A stretch of DNA of 15,471 bases, from NCBI GenBank assembly GCA_964480775.1, contig CAYZRF010000033.1:1-15471 (forward strand), given 5' to 3'. Numbering within the stretch: position 1 is the stretch's first letter; the number at the start of each line of letters is the position of its first letter. This DNA comes from an uncultured Nitrososphaerota archaeon (GTDB lineage: Archaea > Korarchaeota > Korarchaeia > Korarchaeales > Korarchaeaceae). The translations under genes and the position numbers were made by a program. The notes beneath the pieces are model-generated. The model had not been told where the DNA came from. It searched no databases and saw only the letters and a list, made by a program, of their open reading frames with translations. This document shows, piece by piece, positions 7,108 through 13,903 of this stretch.

Positions 7108-8237
7108 AAGCTTCGCAATCATCTTATGCTTACACTCCGGGTCTGAAGATAAAAAGAGTTATGACAATCAGAAAAGAGAGGAAACTTCCCATTCCAGGAG
7201 AGGTCTTATTAAAGGAGGGAGATTCAGTTTCTTTTGACACAATAGTAGCAAGAACGTTTGTTCCAGGGGATCCTTTCATTTTGAAAGTCGCTAGGGAACT
7301 AGGAATCGAACCAGAAGACCTTCCTTTCTACTTATTGAAGAAAAAAGGCGATAGAGTACTCGAAGGGGAGGTAATAGCAAGGTATAGGACCTTATTCGGG
7401 CTAATAAACAGAGAATGCATATCTCCAACCAATGGTGTAATTGAGGATGTTTCTGCAACTACTGGAAGGATTATCATTAGAGGTGATCCTAAACCAGTTG
7501 AGATAAAGGCTTACATATCGGGGAAAATAGCCGAAGTTATACCAAAGGAAGGAGTTATAGTGGAAACTAGAGGAGCCTTCGTTCAAGGAATATTTGGAGT
7601 CGGAGGGGAGACCAATGGGGAAATTAAGGTATTAGCTGATGCACCAAACGATATACTTGAAGCAGAAATGATCGATGAGGATTGCAAGGGTAAGATCATA
7701 ATCGGTGGCTCTATTGTAACGAAAGAGGCAATTCTAAAAGCGATAAACACAGGAGTTAAGGGCATTGTAGTGGGAGGAATAAAAGACACAGATCTCATGG
7801 ATGTAGTTGGGTACGAAATAGGGGTTGCAATAACTGGTCACGAAGAGATAGGACTTACGTTGATAATTACAGAAGGCTTTGGAAAGATGGCCATGTCAAG
7901 GAAAGCATTTGAAATATTCAAGGAATTTGAGGGTTACAGAGCCGCTATGAATGGTGCAACACAGATAAGAGCTGGAGTCATCAGGCCCGAAGTAGTCATA
8001 CCCCATACCAAGGAAGTATCGGAATCCGAACTTGAACTGGAAGAGGGAATAAGACCAGGAACTATCGTGAGAATAATAAGAGAACCTTACTTCGGTGAGA
8101 TTGGTAAGGTGGTTAACCTACCAATAGAACTGCAAGTCATAGAAACAGAATCCAAAGTGAGAGTTGCTGAAATAGAACTAGAAGACGGAAGAAGAGTTAT
8201 AGTGCCTAGAGCTAATCTAGAGATAATAGAGGAATGA
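7104..8237 (+). CDS. Hypothetical protein with an N-terminal lipoyl-like barrel-sandwich hybrid motif, a central alpha/beta region and a C-terminal KOW-like motif
   Basis: GGGAGG lies at 7091-7096, 7 nt before ATG 7104, and ATG 7104 overlaps the upstream TGA (ATGA). The ORF track's ATG 7098 is too close to the SD. Motifs are GEVLLKEGDSVSFDTIVA and KKGDRVLEGEVIA...SPTNGVIEDV (split hybrid barrel), KIIIGGSIVTKEAILKAINTGVKGIVVGG, and GTIVRIIREPYFGEIGKVV (KOW-like, nt about 8058-8114). Confidence 0.8.
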   Translation: MKASQSSYAYTPGLKIKRVMTIRKERKLPIPGEVLLKEGDSVSFDTIVARTFVPGDPFILKVARELGIEPEDLPFYLLKKKGDRVLEGEVIARYRTLFGLINRECISPTNGVIEDVSATTGRIIIRGDPKPVEIKAYISGKIAEVIPKEGVIVETRGAFVQGIFGVGGETNGEIKVLADAPNDILEAEMIDEDCKGKIIIGGSIVTKEAILKAINTGVKGIVVGGIKDTDLMDVVGYEIGVAITGHEEIGLTLIITEGFGKMAMSRKAFEIFKEFEGYRAAMNGATQIRAGVIRPEVVIPHTKEVSESELELEEGIRPGTIVRIIREPYFGEIGKVVNLPIELQVIETESKVRVAEIELEDGRRVIVPRANLEIIEE

Positions 8238-8259
8238 AAGGATAAGAAATAAGTAAGGC

Positions 8260-8294
8260 AAAAGGACAGTTATTTGTCCTTTTTACCCTTTTTT
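8260..8294 (+). terminator. Hairpin plus T-tract downstream of 7104..8237
   Basis: AAAAGGACA (8260-8268) pairs with TGTCCTTTT (8275-8283) around a 6-nt loop, followed by CCCTTTTTT. The element overlaps the last codons of the convergent 107-aa gene. Confidence 0.45.
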
Positions 8295-8593
8295 CTCTCC
8301 TCTTCCATAAGTTCTCTTACTCTTACAATGATCCTTTCCACGTTCTCTCTTTTTGATATTAACATCATCAAGTCTGTCCCTAATTCACCCCATCTTCCGA
8401 GAAATGGAAGTATAGGCGAAGCGAAGAACAAACCAAGCTGGCCACCAACAAATGATAGAGGCTTGTAGCTCTCCAAGTACAGGAGGGCCGCCGTTCCCAT
8501 TCCAGATCTAACAATTATGTGTGAGATTTTCTCTATAAGCTCCTCTTCCTCTTCAGGTGTTAATTCTCTAGGAATCATCGACAACCTTAGCAC
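8270..8593 (-). CDS. Hypothetical small protein with an acidic N-terminus, a central hydrophobic hairpin and a basic C-terminus
   Basis: AAGGAGG at 8594-8600 lies directly upstream. GTG 8593, TTG 8584 and ATG 8578 are all possible starts. The protein has PEEEEELIEK, then GMGTAALLYLESYKPLSFVGGQLGLFFASPILPFLG, then EEERKKGKKDK. A TATA-like CTTTTATAG (minus strand, 8641-8649) suggests it has its own promoter. Confidence 0.6.
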   Translation of the reverse strand: MLRLSMIPRELTPEEEEELIEKISHIIVRSGMGTAALLYLESYKPLSFVGGQLGLFFASPILPFLGRWGELGTDLMMLISKRENVERIIVRVRELMEEERKKGKKDK

Positions 8594-8788
8594 CCTCCTT
8601 AGGTTTATTTTGTTAAGTCAGCTTAAAAACATCAATATTTCTATAAAAGAAATCTTAAAGAGTCGTGTTAGTAGTTGGAGATTCTCCCATCAAAAGGGAT
8701 CTAAAAAAGAGGATAACACAAATTGAAATAAAACTCCATATGTGCAGGGCACGATTAGCGTTCAAATAGGACTTTAAATTAGAAATAA

Positions 8789-8815
8789 TAAAAAAAGGGA
8801 AGGGAAAATTTCCCT
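8789..8815 (-). terminator. Hairpin plus oligo-T terminator of the four-gene membrane operon
   Basis: The minus strand, 9 nt after the TGA at 8825-8827, reads AGGGAAATTTTCCCT (a 7-bp-arm palindrome around one central base, 8801-8815). TCCC and TTTTTTTT follow. Confidence 0.5.
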
Positions 8816-8824
8816 AGTTTTTCC

Positions 8825-9445
8825 TCAAGCTATTCCTAGCCAGTCCCTGAGCAGGAACAACATCCTGCCCTGGTACTGGGAGAACCTTGTCATGACAGTG
8901 TTACCGAATGCTGCGCCAAAGGCTAAGAGCATCCCATACCTTCCGATTCTTGGGATCCAAGATGCAGTTCCCATGTGAATCTCTTTGATTGTAAAGATGA
9001 AGTGGCTAAGGCTCGTTATCACTAACACGAAAATGATTAGATTGTTTAGAGTCCCTAGGGCTGTGTCAGCAACTAAGGGGCCCGCAGTAGTAGCAATTTG
9101 CTTGATAAAGTCCGTGTGTACCATAGCTCTCATTGATAAGCCTATACCTTGACCTACTAGAAATGCAATTCCATATCGGTAAAGCCAGTAGTACTTCGGG
9201 TGATACCTAAAGTAAAGTAGTGCTCCTACGATGAAGGGTATGATGTAGATCATTTCTCCTGCTTTGAGGTGAGACCACCCGTACTTCTTCACATTTTCAA
9301 ATCCCATGACGAGCGCATGTCCCGCAGCAACACCTATGAAGGTGTATTCAGCAAATTTGAATATTATGTTGTCTTTAAACGCATAACTTGTTGCAGCAAT
9401 CGTGAAGAAGGCCGCAATCCAAATTGAAATATCAGTCGATATCAT
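8825..9445 (-). CDS. Integral membrane protein, about 6 TM (B2 of the A1-B1-A2-B2 operon), unknown family
   Basis: The 206-aa protein has six hydrophobic segments. ATG 9445 is preceded by GGAGGGGGG, which is embedded in the last codons of the upstream gene, with a 3-nt gap to that gene's TAA. KYYWLYRYGI matches KYQWIYNSIY in the 208-aa protein. Confidence 0.8.
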   Translation of the reverse strand: MISTDISIWIAAFFTIAATSYAFKDNIIFKFAEYTFIGVAAGHALVMGFENVKKYGWSHLKAGEMIYIIPFIVGALLYFRYHPKYYWLYRYGIAFLVGQGIGLSMRAMVHTDFIKQIATTAGPLVADTALGTLNNLIIFVLVITSLSHFIFTIKEIHMGTASWIPRIGRYGMLLAFGAAFGNTVMTRFSQYQGRMLFLLRDWLGIA

Positions 9446-9448
9446 ATC

Positions 9449-10276
9449 TTATCCCCCCTCCTTCTTAGCAGCAAAATATGCAAGATTGCCCAATATTACT
9501 AGTACAAGAACCCATGTTTGAGTTAGGTTCAATACGTCTGTCGTTTTCAGAGCATCTCCTGGTTTTTTTATCAAGAACTCGTACTCAGCGGCTCCTCTTA
9601 TACCATCCAACATGCCCACGAGTGCACCAGTGTCATAATATGGTTTCAATGATGGCGTCATCATGCTAAGCCATCCACCACATGTCGGTTTTCCATATCT
9701 GCTGTAAGACTGATAGACCCAACCCTCAGCTACTTCTCCAGCAGTCGTTAGGTATGCCACTAGAGCTATGTCATCAGCGCCCTTTATGTCTTTTAGCATT
9801 GGAATGTTGTCTATCGATGTTCCAAAGTAGTCAACTGGGGCTGCGGAGTGAATATCTCCCAGAACAGCAGCCATAGCTGTTTGCACACCGGCAAGATACC
9901 CTAAGAATACGTAATCTTCTCCGTACTTGGCGCCATAAGTTCCCTCGGGATCTACTTTCTCCATGATCAAGGGATACATCATAGTACCTTCTTGCTGTGT
10001 GGCCATTATCACCACTTTAAGGTTCTTTGAGAAGCAATGCCTTAAGATGGCGATTGCGGCGGGTCCCAACGTTGGGTATCCGCCAGATCCAAATCCTATA
10101 TCAAAGAGAACTACATCTCCTGGGCTTAGCTTGTCAATGGCGTTGAAGTAATCTTGGGTGGCCTCCGAAACTACTATGGGTAGACCAAGCGGGTGGATGA
10201 GCGGGATTGCCATAAATATCACTACTAGGGTCATGACAAGCCATCTAGGCATGGCACCTACTTTCTCAATTCCCAT
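9449..10276 (-). CDS. Bitopic membrane protein with N- and C-terminal TM anchors flanking a central domain of about 200 aa (A2), unknown family
   Basis: TM segments are WLVMTLVVIFMAIPLI and WVLVLVILGNLAYFAA. The central motif VVLFDIGFGSGGYPTLGPAAIAIL parallels PVFDIIGMGSFTSIYAPQTIAGLSVL in the 261-aa protein. ATG 10276 lies 6 nt after GGAGGAGGTGA. The ORF track's GTG 10285 is part of that SD and would give a GTGA overlap. Confidence 0.8.
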   Translation of the reverse strand: MGIEKVGAMPRWLVMTLVVIFMAIPLIHPLGLPIVVSEATQDYFNAIDKLSPGDVVLFDIGFGSGGYPTLGPAAIAILRHCFSKNLKVVIMATQQEGTMMYPLIMEKVDPEGTYGAKYGEDYVFLGYLAGVQTAMAAVLGDIHSAAPVDYFGTSIDNIPMLKDIKGADDIALVAYLTTAGEVAEGWVYQSYSRYGKPTCGGWLSMMTPSLKPYYDTGALVGMLDGIRGAAEYEFLIKKPGDALKTTDVLNLTQTWVLVLVILGNLAYFAAKKEGG

Positions 10277-10281
10277 ATCTT

Positions 10282-10908
10282 TCACCTCCTCCCAAGGTAT
10301 CCGGTCTCCATGCCCAGCAGAGTCCTGATGCCCATCACTACTGATCCTATGCCAACACCGATCCTTATTCCTCTGTAGGCACCGCTAACTATGACGTCGA
10401 ATATCCACTTCCTCCATGTGAAGAAGCCCTTCCATATGGCTGGGAACAATGGGGTGTTGCCTATGATCACGAGAACTGCTGTAATTAGGAGAAGCGTGGA
10501 ATCTAGGGTTCTGGCCCTTAAGACTTTGTAAGCACCAGCGGTCATGTAGAAGCACAGAGATGCATACATCGTAGCACCCAGCGGTAGGTAGATTGAGTTG
10601 TAAATCCACTGATACTTGCTGCTGTCTGAACCGAGTGAGACTCCAATTACGGCTGCTATTACAAGCAAAGCAAGGAGCCATACGCTGAAAGCTCTATCTA
10701 CTGGGTTCGGAGCCTTCTTCATACGCCTTCCATAGACTATGAATAGGTTGATAGCTCCGAAACCTAGAGCAAAAGCAGCTATTACCATACCCCAGTTCTT
10801 CAGAACGGTGAATGCATTGGTTGTGGCATCAACAGGCACGTAGTATTCAAGAACAGCAATCATACCACTAAGGAAGGTTATCAAAAGGGGAATTTCTCTC
10901 TTATACAT
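10282..10908 (-). CDS. Integral membrane protein, about 6 TM (B1), unknown family
   Basis: The 208-aa protein has six hydrophobic segments. ATG 10908 is preceded by GGTGATG and lies 14 nt after the upstream stop. Confidence 0.8.
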   Translation of the reverse strand: MYKREIPLLITFLSGMIAVLEYYVPVDATTNAFTVLKNWGMVIAAFALGFGAINLFIVYGRRMKKAPNPVDRAFSVWLLALLVIAAVIGVSLGSDSSKYQWIYNSIYLPLGATMYASLCFYMTAGAYKVLRARTLDSTLLLITAVLVIIGNTPLFPAIWKGFFTWRKWIFDVIVSGAYRGIRIGVGIGSVVMGIRTLLGMETGYLGRR

Positions 10909-10922
10909 CTTACTTCATCACC

Positions 10923-11708
10923 TCATTTCTTTAGGAGATCTACTATGACACTAACACCAGCGGTAGAAAGTATTGCACCGATAAATGATAGCACAATTGC
11001 AATTAGCTTGTAGACGTCTTGTGAGAATAGGCTTCCTATCTTAATGGGGTCTCTGCTGAGATATGCATCAGCAGCGAACATTTCTTCTCCTATCAATACA
11101 TAGTCAGCAACCGCGGCGAAGAACGGAAGCTGATAAAGCCTTGCAGTTCCAGCTACTTGGTAAGCTCCTACTCTGGCGAAAGTTTCTGCAAACATCATAC
11201 TTTCAGCCCAGAACGGGCCGACCATGATGTTCGCGGCTGGTTTAAGTCTCGCAGCCATTCCTATAATTCCACTGGCCCAAGCAAACTGGGTTCCTGACAG
11301 GTATGGTAGTTGCTCATCCACATCTAGTTCGTCCAGCTTGCCAGCTTCAGCATATGCCTGTCTTACGGTTTCGATAGCCACAGGCATGACATCCACAGCT
11401 GCCTGAGGAGAAATAAGCTTAGCGCCCTTTTCAGCACATTGTTTCGCTACATAACCTAGAACTGATAGCCCTGCAATTGTCTGGGGTGCGTAAATGCTTG
11501 TAAATGAACCCATTCCTATGATATCGAAGACGGGTTTGCCCATCTCTACAGCTCTACCGACGGCTTCCTCAATTTTATCGAGTCCGGGAATCCTTCTGAC
11601 GCTGAATTTGCCCTTTTTGCCGTAGTATATTGATAGTAGTGTGATGATCCACATCAGTATTAGGGTTATTAGTGGAGTAAATCTTCCTTCCGGAATTAAC
11701 CACACCAT
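10923..11708 (-). CDS. Bitopic membrane protein with N- and C-terminal TM anchors flanking a central domain of about 200 aa (A1), unknown family
   Basis: The 261-aa protein has TM segments PLITLILMWIITLLSIYY and LIAIVLSFIGAILSTAGVSVIV. GGAGGG lies about 12 nt upstream of ATG 11708. It is the first gene of the operon. Confidence 0.8.
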   Translation of the reverse strand: MVWLIPEGRFTPLITLILMWIITLLSIYYGKKGKFSVRRIPGLDKIEEAVGRAVEMGKPVFDIIGMGSFTSIYAPQTIAGLSVLGYVAKQCAEKGAKLISPQAAVDVMPVAIETVRQAYAEAGKLDELDVDEQLPYLSGTQFAWASGIIGMAARLKPAANIMVGPFWAESMMFAETFARVGAYQVAGTARLYQLPFFAAVADYVLIGEEMFAADAYLSRDPIKIGSLFSQDVYKLIAIVLSFIGAILSTAGVSVIVDLLKK

Positions 11709-11793
11709 TTGCCTCTCGTCCCTCCATTTACTTTATTTGTAAGGCAAGTTCGACAGTTTATTTAATAAAAACTTTGCTAAAATTTATAGGTAG

Positions 11794-12222
11794 ATGGGCA
11801 TGTCTACGACCGAGATCATGAGAGATCCCACATTAAACGAATATTTGGGTGGAGCATTCCTCAGCTTTGGAGTAGTTACCCTTGTATTACAGATTTCTGG
11901 CGGGATAATAACATACAAAGGGTTGCAAGACAGGCTGTACTCCTTTGGTCCATTAGTGGTGCTAATGCTCTATGTGCTGCTCCATATAGTTAGTGGTTGG
12001 CTTGGTGGCTACCTAGTTGCCAGAAGGATACACAACACCCGAATAAGATTGCTTAGAGCAGGTTTTCTAACAGGATTCGGTGCCTACATAGTTGAGGCTT
12101 TGACGACATTGCTGCTTGTACGGGCTTTTCCTGAGTCTGCTTGGGCTATGATAGGTTTTCTCCTAGGAGGTACTCTGGGAGGGTTTACTGTAAGCATAAT
12201 CTCTTCCAAAAAACCATCCTAA
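11794..12222 (+). CDS. Small integral membrane protein, about 4 TM, paralog of 4741..5196
   Basis: The 142-aa protein has four hydrophobic segments and the motif SGWLGGYLVARRIHN. It is divergent from the membrane operon across 85 bp. An alternative in-frame ATG lies at 11818. Confidence 0.7.
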   Translation: MGMSTTEIMRDPTLNEYLGGAFLSFGVVTLVLQISGGIITYKGLQDRLYSFGPLVVLMLYVLLHIVSGWLGGYLVARRIHNTRIRLLRAGFLTGFGAYIVEALTTLLLVRAFPESAWAMIGFLLGGTLGGFTVSIISSKKPS

Positions 12223-12242
12223 GTCGAAATTATGATTTCGAC
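12223..12242 (+). terminator. Perfect 8-bp stem, 4-nt loop hairpin immediately after the stop of 11794..12222
   Basis: GTCGAAAT-TATG-ATTTCGAC begins 1 nt after the TAA at 12220-12222. Only a weak T-tract (ATTTTAAATT) follows. Confidence 0.35.
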
Positions 12243-12425
12243 AGAAACCAATTTTAAATTGATATTAATTTAAACAATGTTTGAAAATATCTCTTTAGAA
12301 GACCTAAGTCAATCTCTTATCCATAGAACTCAATTCTCAACTAGCGTTAGGCATTCTATCGAACTTGCAAATACTTATTATTAAGACTACACTATCTGTG
12401 GATGGACTTTTCAAAAAATTTAATT

Positions 12426-12629
12426 TCATCTTTCGACTTCAAATGTAACCTTCACTCTTGCTCTGTAGACATCTATCTCTCCATCTTTTACAGTAGCGGA
12501 CATGCTTAGAACCTTAATTCTTTTGATGTTTCTGATCGTCTTCTTAGCCTGCTCTAAAGCTTCGACGATGGCTTTCTCAAAACCTTCCCTGGATTCGCCT
12601 ACCAATTCTATGTTTTTCAGAACTGTCAT
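12426..12629 (-). CDS. Dodecin family flavin-binding protein
   Basis: The 67-aa protein has the pattern KNIELVGESREGFEKAIVEALEQAKKTIRNIKRIKV...VKDGEI..YRARVKVTFEV. This matches the dodecin fold signature in both length and motif. Confidence 0.8.
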   Translation of the reverse strand: MTVLKNIELVGESREGFEKAIVEALEQAKKTIRNIKRIKVLSMSATVKDGEIDVYRARVKVTFEVER

Positions 12630-12744
12630 AATACATCATAATATAACGATCTAAAAAGTTCTCTCAGTTGGTCACAACCCTATATGATAGCGTTTTCAAA
12701 GCACCTTCATCAAGTTCTTATAGCTAAACACAAATCCATTTGGA

Positions 12745-13893
12745 TCAAAGCAAGTACTTTAAGCCAGAACCCGTATTCATAAGGAGAATTCTGTCATCTG
12801 TGGAGAGGATGCCATCATTAACGAGTTTCTTTAGACCTGCATACGTAGCAGCCCCTTCTGGACAGGCATATATGCCTTCATATCTTGCGAGATCCTTGAT
12901 AGCATTCAAAATCTCCTCGTCTGTTACGCTAATGGCAAATCCATTGCTATCCCTCAGTACCTTTAGTATCAATTTGCCTGCGAATGGTCTGGGAACCTTT
13001 AGGCCAGCAGCGATTGTCTTCGGATTTTTCCATTCTTCAACTTCTTCTCTGCCTTCTTTAAAGGCCCTGACAACCGGAGCACATCCAGAGGCCTGTACTG
13101 ATATCATCTTTGGCATCTTATCGCTTATCCAACCTACCTCCTTAAGCTCTTGGAAGGCCTTCCATATACCGATTAGACCAGTACCTCCACCCGTTGGGTA
13201 CATTATTGCGTCAGGCAATTCCCAGTTGAAGTACTCAGCTATCTCTAGACCCATTGTTTTCTTCCCCTCCAGCCTATAGGGTTCCTTAAGCGTAGACATA
13301 TCAAACCAGCCTTGTTCCTTTGCCATAACTTTTGCTGCCTTTCCAGCATCAGCTATTGTACCCTTTACAAGGTGGACATCAGCACCAGATACAATGCACT
13401 CTCTTTTTGTAACAGCTGGAGCGTCCTCTGGCATGAAAACATGGGTTTTTATTCCTGCTTTTGCGCAATAAAAGGATAGAGCAGCTGCAGCGTTACCAGC
13501 AGATGGTAAAACTACGTTTTTTATGCCAAAAGTTTTTGCCTTTGAGACGGCTACCGCCATTCCTCTGGCCTTGAACGTGCCTGTTGGGTTTAGTGACTCG
13601 TCTTTTATCCAAAGATCTCTAAAACCTAAATTGCTTGTCCTCAAGGTTGGAGTAAACCCCTCGCCAAGGGTAACAACGTCTTTCTTATCTACTATTGGGA
13701 GGAACTCGAAGTATCTCCATAGAGTTCCTTCCCTCCCCAAGAGATCCTCTTTTTTCACCTCATTTTTCATCCTTTCCAAATCGTACTTCACTAAGAGAGT
13801 GCTTCCACAATTCTTGCACACTGTCTGAACCTCTTTGTGCGAGTGTGAAGTCCCACAACTACTACATTCAAGTTTCTCAACGAACACAACCAT
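12745..13893 (-). CDS. thrC: Threonine synthase family PLP enzyme with an N-terminal zinc ribbon
   Basis: CSSCG...CKNCG forms a 4-Cys ribbon, NPTGTFKARG carries the PLP lysine, and PSAGNAAAA and PTGGGTGLIG are also present. The SD AAGGGGA abuts ATG 13893, and GTG 13887 is an alternative start. Confidence 0.85.
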   Translation of the reverse strand: MVVFVEKLECSSCGTSHSHKEVQTVCKNCGSTLLVKYDLERMKNEVKKEDLLGREGTLWRYFEFLPIVDKKDVVTLGEGFTPTLRTSNLGFRDLWIKDESLNPTGTFKARGMAVAVSKAKTFGIKNVVLPSAGNAAAALSFYCAKAGIKTHVFMPEDAPAVTKRECIVSGADVHLVKGTIADAGKAAKVMAKEQGWFDMSTLKEPYRLEGKKTMGLEIAEYFNWELPDAIMYPTGGGTGLIGIWKAFQELKEVGWISDKMPKMISVQASGCAPVVRAFKEGREEVEEWKNPKTIAAGLKVPRPFAGKLILKVLRDSNGFAISVTDEEILNAIKDLARYEGIYACPEGAATYAGLKKLVNDGILSTDDRILLMNTGSGLKYLL

Positions 13894-13903
13894 TCCCCTT
13901 GTT

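Noticed and set aside
10385-10681. A 98-aa same-strand alternative-frame ORF inside the 208-aa membrane gene
   Set aside because: It is fully nested in a gene whose main frame gives a coherent 6-TM protein. The alternative frame gives an R/S/C-rich sequence with no start context.
12277-12384. A 35-aa ATG ORF (MFENISLEDLSQSLIHRTQFSTSVRHSIELANTYY) in the 183-bp gap between convergent genes, about 20 nt after a TTTTAAATT box
   Set aside because: A leaderless micro-ORF is conceivable, but it has no distinguishing features and an ORF of this length arises by chance in A/T-rich DNA. I cannot support it from sequence alone.
12243-12425. Possible small RNA gene in the unusually long convergent spacer
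   Set aside because: The spacer is A/T-rich with no extended G/C-rich helices, which would be expected of a structured RNA in a thermophile. It has no tRNA-like cloverleaf and no box C/D arrangement that I could see.
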